Assembly: GCA_965223265.1 (NCBI GenBank)
Contig: OZ244999.1
Coordinates: forward strand, 6,208,001-6,272,000
Reading direction: 5' to 3'
DNA length: 64,000 nt
Source of the DNA: Planctomycetota bacterium
GTDB lineage: Bacteria; Planctomycetota; UBA8108; SXIK01
Below the pieces are notes generated by a model. It saw only the letters and a program-made list of their open reading frames with translations, searched no databases and had not been told where the DNA came from. How positions within the stretch are numbered: the first letter of the stretch is position 1; every line of letters starts with the position of its first letter. A program made the position numbers and the translations under genes. Below are positions 39,505 through 50,515 of the stretch, in pieces.

Positions 39505-40887
39505 TCACTCGTCGCCGGCTCGCGTGAGGCCGAACTTCTCGATGCGGTAACGGACCTGGTCTCGGTTGAGACCGAGCATCCGGCCAGCTTTGGTCTGGTT
39601 GCCCTTGGAAAGCTGCAGCGCTTGGCGCACGAGGTCCTTCTCGAGCTCTTCAAGGTTCACTCCATCGCGCGTGATCTGCAGACGGCCCGAACCCGCAGCC
39701 GCGTCGGCAGGCGAGTCGTCGAAAAGGTCGAGCGGTAAGTCGCTGCCGTCGAGCACCGGTCCACGACTCAGAATCATCGCACGCTCGATCGTGTTGCGCA
39801 GTTCGCGGATGTTTCCCGGCCAGTGATACTCCTGCAAGCGCCTCATGAGATCCGAACCGATCTTTTCGACGTTCTTCTTGAACTCGACGTTGTAGTGCGC
39901 GACGAAGTGCTCCACTAGACCGGGTATGTCGTCGTGTCGTTCACGCAGCGGCGGCAGGTGAATGGGAATCACTTTCAGGCGAAAATAGAGATCTTCCCGG
40001 AATTTGTTGTCGCGAACTAGCTGCTTCAGATTCCGATTCGTCGCGGCAATGACGCGCAGACTCACACGGTGATCACGATCGCCGCCAACGCGCCGAAACG
40101 TCTTCTCCTCGAGAAACCTAAGGATCTTCCCCTGCAGATACATACTCATGTCACCGATTTCGTCGAGAAAGAGGGTGCCGCCGTCAGCAAGTTCGACCAG
40201 GCCTTTCTTCTGTGTGCGCGCATCGGTGAACGCCCCTTTTTCGTGCCCGAAGAGCTCAGATTCAAGCAAAGTCTCGGGCAAAGCCGTGCACGTCACGTTC
40301 ATGTAAGGACCATCGCGCCGCGGGCTGTTGCGGTGGACATAGCGCGCCAACACGTCCTTCCCGGTCCCGCTCTCGCCCTCGATCAGAATGGTGGAATCGC
40401 CTGAGTCGAGAATGCGATCGACGAGAGCGAAAACCTTGCGAATCGCTGGCGAATTGCCGACGAAACCATCACCTCCGTTTCGTTCGCCAGCGCTCCTGAG
40501 GCGCATCAACTCGCGACGCATCCGGCTGTTTTCTAGGACTTTCGAGAGTCGCAGGAGGATGTCCTCGTTGCGAAACGGCTTGGCGACATAGTCGCTCGCG
40601 CCGGCTTTCATGGCATCGACCGCGTTCTCGACGTTCGAGTGCGCCGTGATCACGACTACCGGCACCGCAGCCAAGTGCTCTGCATGATCTCGAAGGAGAT
40701 CGAGTCCCGTCATGTCGGGGAGTTTGTAGTCGAGGAGGACCGCGTCGAACTCCTGCTCGCGGAGCGCCTGGAGTGCTTCCTCACCGCTCGCGGCTTCGCT
40801 CGCTTCGTACCCCGCCTGCTGGAGGCACTCGCGGAGCGTCCAGCGAATCAGTTTCTCGTCGTCGACAACCAGAACACTTTCGGTCAT
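39505..40887 (-). CDS. NtrC/AtoC-family sigma54 response regulator
   Basis: REC domain (VVDDE, LLD, AKP); [24 protein letters not shown]; Fis-type HTH. Confidence 0.93.
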   Translation of the reverse strand: MTESVLVVDDEKLIRWTLRECLQQAGYEASEAASGEEALQALREQEFDAVLLDYKLPDMTGLDLLRDHAEHLAAVPVVVITAHSNVENAVDAMKAGASDYVAKPFRNEDILLRLSKVLENSRMRRELMRLRSAGERNGGDGFVGNSPAIRKVFALVDRILDSGDSTILIEGESGTGKDVLARYVHRNSPRRDGPYMNVTCTALPETLLESELFGHEKGAFTDARTQKKGLVELADGGTLFLDEIGDMSMYLQGKILRFLEEKTFRRVGGDRDHRVSLRVIAATNRNLKQLVRDNKFREDLYFRLKVIPIHLPPLRERHDDIPGLVEHFVAHYNVEFKKNVEKIGSDLMRRLQEYHWPGNIRELRNTIERAMILSRGPVLDGSDLPLDLFDDSPADAAAGSGRLQITRDGVNLEELEKDLVRQALQLSKGNQTKAGRMLGLNRDQVRYRIEKFGLTRAGDE

Positions 40888-42479
40888 GTTTCGCTCTCAA
40901 CAGCCAACGGTAGAGACATAAGAATCGTCGTCCCGCTTGAAGACGTCTGCTCAACGGACATCGAGCCACCGAAAAACTCCACCGCACGGCGAGCTACCGA
41001 GAGACCCAATCCGGTGCCGCGCGCTTTTGTTGTCACGAACGGCTCGAACAGCGTGCTCCGGACTTCCTCTGCAATCCCCGGGCCATTGTCAAAAAAACGC
41101 ACCTCACAAGCTTTCCCCCGACGCCCCGTCGAGCGCGACGCGACGACTCGGATTTCTCCACGCCCCTTCATCGCCTGGGCCGCATTCACCAGCACGTTGA
41201 GAATGACGGGACGCAGGATTTCAGCGTCACAGGCGACCAGAAGATCCGGCGACTCCACCGAGACTCTCAGCTGCGGGAATTCCGGATCGCTCTCGAGCGC
41301 CCGAACGGTATGCATGAGCAGCTCCCGAATCGGTACAGCGCTCGTGGTTGCCCGCAGCGGCCTGGCGAAGAACAAGAGGTCGTTGACGACGCGGTTGAGA
41401 TCTCCGAGGCGATCCATAATCTCGCCGATGACCGAGACGGTTTCGTCATCACCGGCGACGCGTTGGCGAATGATCTCGAGGGCGCCGCCAATTCCCGCGA
41501 TCGGATTCTTCACCTCATGCGCGACCATGGCGGCGAGCTTGCCGAGCTGCGCCAAGTTTTCGTGCTCGAGAAGCCGGCGATTCGACTCTTTCTGCAGCAC
41601 CGCCTCAGAAATGACGTTAGCGACGCTGACGAGGAACGTGGCGTCCTCCGGCGTGAAGCGCCCGGGTTGGCGCGAGTAGGCCGCAAGCACGCCAATCGGT
41701 TGATCGACGCCGAGGATGCACACAGCGACACCGCTGACGACTCCACACTGCCGCTGGGGTTCGGTGAGACGAAACGGAAGTGATTCGCTGGCGTCGTCGA
41801 ACAGCACGGTCTTTCGCTCTCGGAACGCATGAGCCGCGATTGAGGTCGCGTCAAGGCCGAGGTCCGCGCTGGGATACTGATCCTGCGCGGTCCAGCCTTC
41901 CGCAGAATGCACCACCAACCGGCCGTCATCGGGCGAGACCGCGAGCACTTCACTGTACTCGGCCTCGATTTGCGTCCGCACAACCCGTCCCGCCGTCACC
42001 ATCAATTCCTTCGGATCCGTGCCGCCAATCGCGTCGAGGCCGAGGCGGGCGACGGTCTGCTGCTGCAAAACCCGGCGGCGCATGAGTGCCTCGGCACGCT
42101 TGCGCTCGGAGATGTCGCGGATCACGCCAGCAAAGAGTGGCTGCCCACGAACCTGAACCTCGCTGACCGCCAGGTCGATCGGAAACGTGCTGCCGTCGCT
42201 GCGCTGACCTACAACCTCTCTGCCAATCCCAATGATTCGCGCCTCGCCGCTTTCACGGTAGCGACGCAGGTACTCATCGTGCTCGTTGGCATACTGCGGC
42301 GGCATGAGTGTGGCAACGTTCTTCCCAAGGACCTCGCTCGCCGTGTAACCGAAGATCCGCTCGAAGGCCGGGTTGACGAAGCATACATCGCCTTGGCCAT
42401 CGATGAGTACGATCGCGTCGACCGCCGCGGTAACGATCGCTTCCAGCCACGCTTCGGTCTCTTTGCGGCGGGGTTTCAT
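40884..42479 (-). CDS. Cytoplasmic PAS(FixL-like heme)-GAF histidine kinase
   Basis: EHDEYLRRYRESGEARIIGIGREVVGQRSDGSTFP resembles the FixL heme-PAS. GAF; AHEVKNP, NAAQA, DNGPG, GTGLGL. Confidence 0.88.
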   Translation of the reverse strand: MKPRRKETEAWLEAIVTAAVDAIVLIDGQGDVCFVNPAFERIFGYTASEVLGKNVATLMPPQYANEHDEYLRRYRESGEARIIGIGREVVGQRSDGSTFPIDLAVSEVQVRGQPLFAGVIRDISERKRAEALMRRRVLQQQTVARLGLDAIGGTDPKELMVTAGRVVRTQIEAEYSEVLAVSPDDGRLVVHSAEGWTAQDQYPSADLGLDATSIAAHAFRERKTVLFDDASESLPFRLTEPQRQCGVVSGVAVCILGVDQPIGVLAAYSRQPGRFTPEDATFLVSVANVISEAVLQKESNRRLLEHENLAQLGKLAAMVAHEVKNPIAGIGGALEIIRQRVAGDDETVSVIGEIMDRLGDLNRVVNDLLFFARPLRATTSAVPIRELLMHTVRALESDPEFPQLRVSVESPDLLVACDAEILRPVILNVLVNAAQAMKGRGEIRVVASRSTGRRGKACEVRFFDNGPGIAEEVRSTLFEPFVTTKARGTGLGLSVARRAVEFFGGSMSVEQTSSSGTTILMSLPLAVESET

Positions 42480-42777
42480 GGGCGCGCGGCCTCAGGGCTT
42501 CAACTGCTAATGAACTCGGGCGGCTTGCCGCGAACGTCAACGTCGGCAGCACCCGACATTCGACAGGGACTCAGAACTATCCTATCATAGTAGCCGTTCC
42601 ATAGATTGAGTTTGCCGTGTCTCGCGGCGCGCCACCGCCATCGAAACGTGTTGACCCGTCTGGCGCGACGATGGTCCGGGACATGAGCAAGTAGCGACGA
42701 CAGTGACGTGGGCACAACGCAGCCCTGCGGCGGCCCAAACCAGCTCTACCAGCACACTGCCCCGGGCGATCAACCAA

Positions 42778-44337
42778 ATGAGTAGCTTTCCACCGGCGCG
42801 TCACGGCTTGCGCATCGAGACGCCCTTGCACGGCTTCCCGGTTATTCTGAGAGTTCTTCTCAGAGTCCGCCTCAGAATCCTCTTCAGCCTGTTTCTTGCC
42901 CTGGCGACGACCTCGCCACTCATCGAGGCGAAAGAGCCTCTAGTGCTCCTCGTCGATGAGTGGCACCTCCTGTATCTCAGTGGCGTCCCGGCTGGCTACA
43001 CCCATTTTTCGATCCAGCCGACGGCGTCTGGCTACCGCACAACGACGCGTCAGACGATCAGCCTCAAGCGATCCGGGACAGCGATCAAGCTGGAAAGCAA
43101 CTGGACGATCCAGGAAGACTCGAGCGGGCGCGTCCTCTCCTTTGACAGCGTGCAGACCAACGCAGCCGCTCCGCTCCGCGCCACGGGGTCACGACAGGGC
43201 AACATTCTCGAGATCTCCGAATGGACCGATGGCTCAGCGCCGCAGCAAAAGAGGGTCGAGTTGGCCGACGACGTCGTTGGACCTGCATATTCCGTTAGCG
43301 CCATGAGGTCCCGGCTCCGCCGGCAGGGAGACGAGCTCACCTTGAACGTCTTCGCTCCCGAGTATCGCCGGGCGGTGAAGCAGTCGGCACGGCGTGGTGG
43401 TGAAGAAGAAATCGTCGTTCTCGACGGCGCAAGGAAACGATTCACGCGCTTGGAACTCAGCGTCGACGGCATTGCGATGACCCAATGGGTCGACGCCGAA
43501 TTCACGGCGCAAAGATCTGAAATGGTCTTGGCTGGGCTCAAGCTCGTCACCCACCTCGCGCAGCGCGAGCGCGTGCTGGCGTTCGATTTTTCGTCACCGC
43601 CGGAAGTCTTCGTGACGTCGTTCGTCCGGGTCAAACGTCCCGTCTCACCGCGGGCGCAGCGTGCTGAGTACATTCTGCGGCTGAAGCAAGGCACGTTCGC
43701 CCAGCACGACGACACCGGGCTGCTCGCCACGGCGGGACAAAAGCATACGATGGCGGCAGACAAGAAAAGCTTGACGTTACAAGTACGCCGCGTCGAGCTC
43801 GAGCAGCGGCGGACTCTACCCCTCCGGGTTCCAAGCGAGTTGCAAAATTACGTGGGTGGAAGCAGCTACCTGCAAACCGGCGACGACGAGCTCATCAAAC
43901 TGACCCGACGCGTCGTCGATACCGAGAGGGACGCACTTTCGGCGTGCGAACTTTTGGCACGCTGGGTCCACGATAACGTTGGCGAGAAGAACCTCGAGAC
44001 AGGTTTCGCGACAGCAAAAGAGGTGTACCTCGCACGCCGTGGCGATTGTACCGAGCACGCAGTGTTGCTAGCGGCGCTGTGTCGAATCGCGGGTGTGCCG
44101 TCGCGCGTCGTTGCCGGAATGACCTATCACCAAGAAGCGTTCATCGGCCACATGTGGACGGAAGTACACGTCGGCAAGTGGATACCGCTCGATGCGACTT
44201 CGCCGAGCCCACGCGTCGGCGCTGACCACATTGGGTTCTCGTCTTCGTCGCTCGAGACGGCAGGCTTCATGGACATCTTCCCTCACTTCGTCCACATCAT
44301 CGGCAATCTCGAAATCGAAGTGAAGGACGTTGAGTGA
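42778..44337 (+). CDS. Secreted transglutaminase-like domain protein
   Basis: GDCTEHAVLLAALCR, GHMWTEV, WIPLDAT triad; hydrophobic N-terminus. Start uncertain. Confidence 0.85.
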   Translation: MSSFPPARHGLRIETPLHGFPVILRVLLRVRLRILFSLFLALATTSPLIEAKEPLVLLVDEWHLLYLSGVPAGYTHFSIQPTASGYRTTTRQTISLKRSGTAIKLESNWTIQEDSSGRVLSFDSVQTNAAAPLRATGSRQGNILEISEWTDGSAPQQKRVELADDVVGPAYSVSAMRSRLRRQGDELTLNVFAPEYRRAVKQSARRGGEEEIVVLDGARKRFTRLELSVDGIAMTQWVDAEFTAQRSEMVLAGLKLVTHLAQRERVLAFDFSSPPEVFVTSFVRVKRPVSPRAQRAEYILRLKQGTFAQHDDTGLLATAGQKHTMAADKKSLTLQVRRVELEQRRTLPLRVPSELQNYVGGSSYLQTGDDELIKLTRRVVDTERDALSACELLARWVHDNVGEKNLETGFATAKEVYLARRGDCTEHAVLLAALCRIAGVPSRVVAGMTYHQEAFIGHMWTEVHVGKWIPLDATSPSPRVGADHIGFSSSSLETAGFMDIFPHFVHIIGNLEIEVKDVE

Positions 44338-45449
44338 ACTCGGGCATCGAAGACGCCGCTGCGGACCAGCCGGAGCCGTCCGACGTGAATCTCGCGGCTT
44401 ACTCGTTCGAGCTGCCACAGGAGTCGATCGCGCAGCAGCCCGCCGCGCGGCGCGACGGGTCGCGCCTTCTTGTGCTTCGACGCGCGACTGGCGAGATCGA
44501 GCACAAGACGTTTGACGCGCTGCCCGAGCTCTTCAGACCGAACGACGTCCTCGTGGTCAACGATAGCCGCGTCTTCCCTGCGCGCCTTCGCCTACGCCGC
44601 CTCAGCGGTGGGCGTGTCGAGCTGCTGCTCCTCGAGTACCTGGAGGAGCGAGGCTGTTGGCGGGCGATTGGTCGCCCTGGCAAGTCTCTCCAGCCCGGCA
44701 GCACACTCATGATGACGGACGAGACGACAGCGCGTGTAGTCGATCGCGAGGCGGACGCCGTGCTTGTCACATTCACGCGCGGGAGCAAGGCACTCACGCG
44801 TGAGGAGACGTTCCTGCTCTGCGAGCAGCTCGGTGAGGTCCCCCTACCTCCGTATATCCAGCGCCAAGACGACGACTCTCGCGCCGAGCTCGACGCTGAG
44901 CGATATCAGACCGTCTTCGCACAGTCGATCGGCTCCGCGGCCGCGCCGACTGCGGGCCTTCACTTTTCGCACGAACTGATTGCCGCCATCGAAGCTCGAG
45001 GGGTTCGGGTCGTGCCCGTGACGCTCCACGTTGGCCTTGGGACGTTTCGCCCCCTCACCACCGAGACGCTCCGCGGTAGCAAGCTGCACGAAGAGAGCTT
45101 CGTCCTGACGCGTGCTGCAGCCGACTGCATCCACGACGCCCGACAGCAAGGGGGGCGCATCATTGCTGTCGGCACCACGACATGTCGCGTTCTCGAGACA
45201 CTTGGCGAACGTTTCCACACCGAGGGATACCCTCCGCCCTATAGCGGCCGAACGTCGCTGTTCATCAAACCAGGGCACAGATTCGCGCTGGTCGATGCGC
45301 TGGTGACCAACTTTCACCTGCCGCGGACGAGCTTGCTCGTGTTGGTCAGCGCCATGGCGGGACGACAACAGGTCCTCGCAGCGTACAACACAGCGATCCG
45401 CGAAGGCTACCGCTTCTACAGCTACGGCGACGCCATGTTGGTGGTATGA
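44334..45449 (+). CDS. queA: S-adenosylmethionine:tRNA ribosyltransferase-isomerase
   Basis: PLPPYI, YQTVFA, AAPTAGLHF, TNFHLP, YRFYSYGDAM. Confidence 0.96.
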   Translation: MNSGIEDAAADQPEPSDVNLAAYSFELPQESIAQQPAARRDGSRLLVLRRATGEIEHKTFDALPELFRPNDVLVVNDSRVFPARLRLRRLSGGRVELLLLEYLEERGCWRAIGRPGKSLQPGSTLMMTDETTARVVDREADAVLVTFTRGSKALTREETFLLCEQLGEVPLPPYIQRQDDDSRAELDAERYQTVFAQSIGSAAAPTAGLHFSHELIAAIEARGVRVVPVTLHVGLGTFRPLTTETLRGSKLHEESFVLTRAAADCIHDARQQGGRIIAVGTTTCRVLETLGERFHTEGYPPPYSGRTSLFIKPGHRFALVDALVTNFHLPRTSLLVLVSAMAGRQQVLAAYNTAIREGYRFYSYGDAMLVV

Positions 45450-45458
45450 TGGAACTCG

Positions 45459-46283
45459 ATGAAACCTGGTGTCTCCGGTTCCAACTCTCAGCCGACGGCA
45501 CGCTGCTGGTTTTGCAATCGGCTCTGGCCGAACAGCGAGATCGAAGCTGGCGGCATCCTCCGCAGTCGCGCCGAGCGGCAGGGTGGACCCTACCTGCTTC
45601 TCGTTTGCGACACCTGTCGCCGCGACAACCGTCTGGAGCAAACGCCGCGAGGGCGCTGGTTCGCCTCACCGGTTGGACGCCCGTCCGTCGTTGAGTACTT
45701 CTTCTCGCAACTGCTCGACACCGGGCCCGAAGACTTCATTTCCCTCGTGTCGTGGTATCGCGCCAACGAAGAGCGGCGCCGCTTCTTCTTCGAACGTGAT
45801 GGCGACGCGCGCTATTCGACGCCACAGCGCGCACGCGAGTTGATCGAAGAGAAGCCCGCAGGGAGCGTCTCGAATTCGAACCCGTCCAAGGGTACCAGGT
45901 CCAGGCCCAAGGGACGCGAAGCTGGGCGACGGACTCGCGGCCGCACCGACTCAAGAGCTAGATCCACCAACGGCGCGGCGGCGGCTGACGGGCGCCAAGG
46001 CGAAACGTCGGCGCGGCGGCCACAGAGTCGGACGCGGCGTCAAGTCACTTCCCAAGGCCACCCGCGCCTTCTCTCCCCACACGAGATTCTGGGTGTCGCA
46101 GAGTCCGCAAGCGTGGCCGAGATCAAGGCCGCATTTCGACGCTTGGCAAGACAGTATCATCCAGACAAGCTGTATCACCTCGGCGGTGACAGCCAACGCC
46201 TTGCGCACGAGAAATTCCACGCATTGTCCGCTGCCTTCGAGTCACTGCTCGCAGCGCGAAGCGCTCGACAGGATCACCCGTGA
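45459..46283 (+). CDS. J-domain protein with N-terminal zinc-ribbon-like CxxC pair
   Basis: CWFC...CDTC; C-terminal HEILGV...FRRLARQYHPDK. Confidence 0.75.
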   Translation: MKPGVSGSNSQPTARCWFCNRLWPNSEIEAGGILRSRAERQGGPYLLLVCDTCRRDNRLEQTPRGRWFASPVGRPSVVEYFFSQLLDTGPEDFISLVSWYRANEERRRFFFERDGDARYSTPQRARELIEEKPAGSVSNSNPSKGTRSRPKGREAGRRTRGRTDSRARSTNGAAAADGRQGETSARRPQSRTRRQVTSQGHPRLLSPHEILGVAESASVAEIKAAFRRLARQYHPDKLYHLGGDSQRLAHEKFHALSAAFESLLAARSARQDHP

Positions 46284-46689
46284 GCGACAGCAGCAGATGG
46301 TGAAAGGCCATGCCCGATCACGGTGGAGTCGCGGTCCGCGGCACTTCGGTTACGTCTCGTTGAATTGTCGTTGACCCGAGCCAACACGGCAGCTAACGTC
46401 TCACATTCTCACGCTCTCGGCGATTGGAAGGTAGCAGGCAAGCGTCCGTTCGAAGCCAGCTCCAATACCGTCGCGACGCGCGGGTCATTCACGCCCAGCT
46501 CGGCCGTGCCAAGACTCAAAAATCCCAGAAATTGCCTGCGTTTGTCACAGCGGATCTAGGCGCGAATGACTCGGTGATCGACTCGAAGCACTTCCCAGCA
46601 GCCGCGAGGGCGACGCCTTACGAGGCGAGAACTCACACGTGGAGTCGAAAAAGACGAAGCCTCAACGCTAACGATCGGAGGACGAAATC

Positions 46690-47670
46690 ATGAGTGCCCC
46701 TGTAAGGGTCGCAGTCACCGGTGCTGCTGGCCAAATCGCCTACAACCTGCTCTTCTCCATCGCCAACGGCGACATGCTCGGCCCATCGCAGCCCGTCGCT
46801 CTCAACCTCGTCGAAATCCCAGCCGCCATGAACGCCCTCCGCGGCGTAGCGCTTGAGTTGGAAGATTGTGCCTTCCCTCTGCTCACAGACATCGTGCTGT
46901 CGAGCGAACCCGAAGTTGGTTTCAAAGACGTGAGCTGGGCGCTTCTCGTCGGCAGCAAGCCGCGCGGCAAGGGCATGGAACGCGGCGATTTGATCCGCGA
47001 GAACGGTCCGATCTTCGTCTCCCAGGGAAAAGCGCTCGAGAAGTCCGCCGCGGCAGACGTGCGGGTTCTGGTGGTCGGCAACCCTTGCAACACGAATTGC
47101 CTCATCGCGATGAACAACGCGCCGGCGATCCCGCGCGATCGCTGGTTCGCGATGACTCGCCTCGACCACAACCGCGCCTTAGCGCAGCTGGCGTCGAAAG
47201 CGGGGTGCGCGGTCACGGATGTGTCACGGATGACGATTTGGGGCAATCACAGTACGACCCAGTTCCCAGACTTTGTGCACGCCAAGATCAAGGGGCAGTC
47301 GGTGACCGAAGTCATCGATGATCGTACCTGGCTCGAAGGGGAGTTCCAATCGCGCGTCCAGAAACGCGGCGCCGAGATCATCGAGGCACGTGGCAAGTCG
47401 TCGGCAGCCTCAGCAGCTAACGCCGCTAAGGATCACGTCGCCACGTTCACCGGGTCGACAAAGGGTGACGATTGGACCTCGGCGGCCGTCTGTTCTGACG
47501 GTAGCTATGGCGTCCCCGAGGGCCTCATCTCTTCGTTCCCCGTACGAGTTAGAAATGGGGAGTGGGAAATCGTGCAAGGCCTCGAGCTCGACGACTACTG
47601 CCGCGGCATGCTGCAAAAATCGGTCGATGAACTGGAGTCTGAGAAGAGCGTCGTCAAGGACCTGCTATAG
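46690..47670 (+). CDS. mdh: Malate dehydrogenase (type 2)
   Basis: [36 protein letters not shown]. Confidence 0.96.
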   Translation: MSAPVRVAVTGAAGQIAYNLLFSIANGDMLGPSQPVALNLVEIPAAMNALRGVALELEDCAFPLLTDIVLSSEPEVGFKDVSWALLVGSKPRGKGMERGDLIRENGPIFVSQGKALEKSAAADVRVLVVGNPCNTNCLIAMNNAPAIPRDRWFAMTRLDHNRALAQLASKAGCAVTDVSRMTIWGNHSTTQFPDFVHAKIKGQSVTEVIDDRTWLEGEFQSRVQKRGAEIIEARGKSSAASAANAAKDHVATFTGSTKGDDWTSAAVCSDGSYGVPEGLISSFPVRVRNGEWEIVQGLELDDYCRGMLQKSVDELESEKSVVKDLL

Positions 47671-47672
47671 AA

Positions 47673-47693
47673 CTCGACTCGCTTTGAGTCGAG
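47673..47693 (+). terminator. Hairpin directly after the mdh stop
   Basis: CTCGACTC-GCTTT-GAGTCGAG; no U-tract. Confidence 0.35.
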
Positions 47694-47882
47694 AAGCACT
47701 CCACAGGGCCGGAAGGTGGAATCTGGCGAAGACAGCGACGAATCCCACGGTAGGTTTCCAAGCTTGCTGAACTCGTCCGTCGAGGCCAGCTTGACAGAGC
47801 GCAGCGCCAGAGCAAGACTCGCGCTGGACCGTTCTCTTGGGCGAAGAACCTGCCACGGCAAGATCCTCAGTTGGCGCAATAG

Positions 47883-48893
47883 ATGATTCAGTTCCTCGGA
47901 CTGCATGTCGACGACCACCAGGCCAGTACGATCGCTTTGGGGCGCGACCTGGAATGCTGGGCCGAGACCACAGCGCCCGTGGAGAACGTCATTGCGCTGG
48001 GCGACTCCGGGATCCGAGAGGTCGCGCCGCTGGAATGGACGCGCGCCGCGTGCTACGCCCTGGAGGAAACCTATCTGCACCTACCGACCAAAGCGCGCAA
48101 GGTGTGGGGGCTCGCCGTCACCGCACCGAGCGGCTGGATCGCTCTCGGCTTCGACTATGAACCGCTCTCTCGTCTGCGCTTCGCTCACGCGGACAAAGTG
48201 GCCAGTGATTTCGCGGCGTGGCGCCAGAACGACGCCCGCGTCGCCAGAAGAGTCGCCGCGCTGCTCACGCCTAAGGACTACATCCGTTTCGTTCTCAGCG
48301 GCAGCCTCGCCACTGACGTAACCGATGTTGACCGCATGAATCTCCTGGAAGCTGGCACGCTCTCGTGGTCCGAGGACAAGCTCCGCGACGTCGGCCTCGA
48401 TCGCAGCATCATGCCACCGATCTTCGACTCGCATGTGATGACTGGAAGGCTGAGCGAAGACGGAGTTCGAAAGAGCGGGATCCCGGGCGGAATCTGCGTA
48501 GTGGCCGGTGCACACGAGGAGGACTGCGCCCTAGCCGGCGTCGCAGACGTTTGTCGCTCGACGCTATGGCGCTACACTTCCCCTAGCGGCGAACCCGTCG
48601 CGGCGCTCGGCTTCGAGGGGGTCAGCCCGATCTCGCTACCTCCAGCCTGGAAGGCACGCCGGGCAGCGCTGGAAGGCTTTCAAGTCGCCGAGTGGCGTGG
48701 GCTCAAAGGAGGCGCGGCGATACAACTTGCCGAGGCTCAAGCGTCACTCAAAGAGTGCGAGCGACCCTGTGAAGACGCAGTCGACGTGCATCCGAACGCA
48801 CCCCTTGGCGCGGCGGCACTCGCTGCCGTTGGCTCGGGGCTCGTGAAGGGGTGGGATCCATACTACGAAGCTTTTGAGAGCCGGGAAACCTGA
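47883..48893 (+). CDS. Degenerate FGGY-family carbohydrate kinase-like protein
   Basis: LTPKDYIRFVLSG..ATD, GIPGGICVVAGAHE and LGAAALAAVG match the FGGY layout, but the protein is short and lacks DxGT. Confidence 0.6.
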   Translation: MIQFLGLHVDDHQASTIALGRDLECWAETTAPVENVIALGDSGIREVAPLEWTRAACYALEETYLHLPTKARKVWGLAVTAPSGWIALGFDYEPLSRLRFAHADKVASDFAAWRQNDARVARRVAALLTPKDYIRFVLSGSLATDVTDVDRMNLLEAGTLSWSEDKLRDVGLDRSIMPPIFDSHVMTGRLSEDGVRKSGIPGGICVVAGAHEEDCALAGVADVCRSTLWRYTSPSGEPVAALGFEGVSPISLPPAWKARRAALEGFQVAEWRGLKGGAAIQLAEAQASLKECERPCEDAVDVHPNAPLGAAALAAVGSGLVKGWDPYYEAFESRET

Positions 48894-48918
48894 CGTGCAG
48901 TCTCCACGTGGCAATCCG

Positions 48919-49605
48919 ATGTCAACATCCCCGCGTCGCGTTTGGTCGACGCGAGCCGTTCGCGCCGCGTACAACGCCCAGTTTCGCTCGGCGCCGCTGG
49001 AGGACTCAGACCGTTACTACGATTGGCTAGCGCAGAAAGTCGTACGACATCTGCCCGACGCACAAGGCCACACGGCACGAATCGTTGACGTCGGCTGCGG
49101 CAGCGGACGCTTGCTGGCGGCCCTGGCGCGCCGTCTCGAAGACGCAGTACTCGTCGGCATCGACATCTCAGACGCCGCACTCGCGCTCTGTGGATGTCAC
49201 GCGCCCACCGCACAGCGCATGCTCGCGCAAGGAGAGTACGTGCCGCTCGCCGGCGACGTGTACGACGCGGTCCTCTGCTCCGGCAACCTCGAGCACTTCG
49301 TCGACCCGTCCCGGGGTGCCCAGGAACTCGCGCGCCTCTGTCGCCGCGATGGGACCGTGTGGGTGCTGCTGCCAAACAGTTTCTACTCCGGCGACATCTG
49401 GCGGGTGATTCGCGGTGGCTACGGCCCAAACCACCACCAAATCATCGACCGTTTCGCGACCGTCAACGAGTGGCGTGACCTTCTCGAGTCGAGCGGCTTG
49501 ACCGTTGACGGCATCACTCCGTACAACCGCTTCAAATGGTGGAAACGGTTACTGCCGCGCAACCTCGCCTACCACTTTCTCTACCGTACGCACCCAACGA
49601 CATAG
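48919..49605 (+). CDS. Class I SAM-dependent methyltransferase
   Basis: IVDVGCGSG, GIDIS, LEHFVDP. Confidence 0.88.
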   Translation: MSTSPRRVWSTRAVRAAYNAQFRSAPLEDSDRYYDWLAQKVVRHLPDAQGHTARIVDVGCGSGRLLAALARRLEDAVLVGIDISDAALALCGCHAPTAQRMLAQGEYVPLAGDVYDAVLCSGNLEHFVDPSRGAQELARLCRRDGTVWVLLPNSFYSGDIWRVIRGGYGPNHHQIIDRFATVNEWRDLLESSGLTVDGITPYNRFKWWKRLLPRNLAYHFLYRTHPTT

Positions 49606-49736
49606 GGGTGCCGGTTCACGCTGAAGGCCGTGCGCCAGACGCATTTGATGGTCAGTCAAAGCAAAGCAGGCGTCTGTAGCGCTGTCACTCTAGCGCTAGG
49701 ACCGACGTTGCCTGGCTGCGCTGGTGTCCCAGATCG

Positions 49737-50249
49737 TTAGGGAAGCAGCTCTGCCTCAGTCTCCCGAGAGGCCTCGTCGTTCAGACGTGCAGCTTGTAGC
49801 AAGATGCGCTCAATGTTCATCCCCTCCTGAGCTAGCATCTGGTTGTTCATTAGCCAATCTTTCTCGAAGTAGAAGATGCCCTTTTTCCACACGAGGAAGT
49901 CGGCAAAGACCCGAACGACATGTGGCTTCAGCACACCCTCGAGGTCCTCGGCACAGATGAGCCCCTTCTTCACGAGCAGCGTTCCAAGCGGTCGCTTGTC
50001 CTCTTTCTCGCGCTGCTCCTTTAAGACCTCATTCAGTTCGCGCAGCGAAACCAACCCCTTCTCGACCAGCGTGTATCCGAGTCGCTTGCGGAGATCCGAA
50101 CTAGCGTAGACCACTCGTCCACCGTTGAGCAGGATGCGCCCGCACCCCTCTCGCGAAATCAATGTCAAAACGCCGCTCCGCTTGCCCATACTCATCATTT
50201 GTAAAACGTCTGGGAGCGGGAGGTCTTCGATGTGTCCGAGTATGCTCAT
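49737..50249 (-). CDS. DUF4388-like protein
   Basis: GHIEDLPLPDVLQMMS..RSGVL, RLGYTLVEKG, WKKGIFYF. Confidence 0.8.
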   Translation of the reverse strand: MSILGHIEDLPLPDVLQMMSMGKRSGVLTLISREGCGRILLNGGRVVYASSDLRKRLGYTLVEKGLVSLRELNEVLKEQREKEDKRPLGTLLVKKGLICAEDLEGVLKPHVVRVFADFLVWKKGIFYFEKDWLMNNQMLAQEGMNIERILLQAARLNDEASRETEAELLP

Positions 50250-50515
50250 GCCGTCGTCTACGCTCGTTAAACACGTGAGAAGGATTCCTGCCTCACTCCT
50301 CTATCGGCGGGGTCGCCACCAACCTGTGATCCGCTTGCGTTTCCCGGCGGGATTGCGACCACGGCTTCTCCGCCGCAGCGAGTACGTTCCCGAAATGCTC
50401 GCGGAGGCCGCGTGAACCACGCCGTTATCGGCCAGCCAACATCCATTCGACGGGCCTGAGCGGTCACGGCAACCAGCCGCAGCGCACACACAGGACTCGG
50501 TAGATCCCGGGCGCT

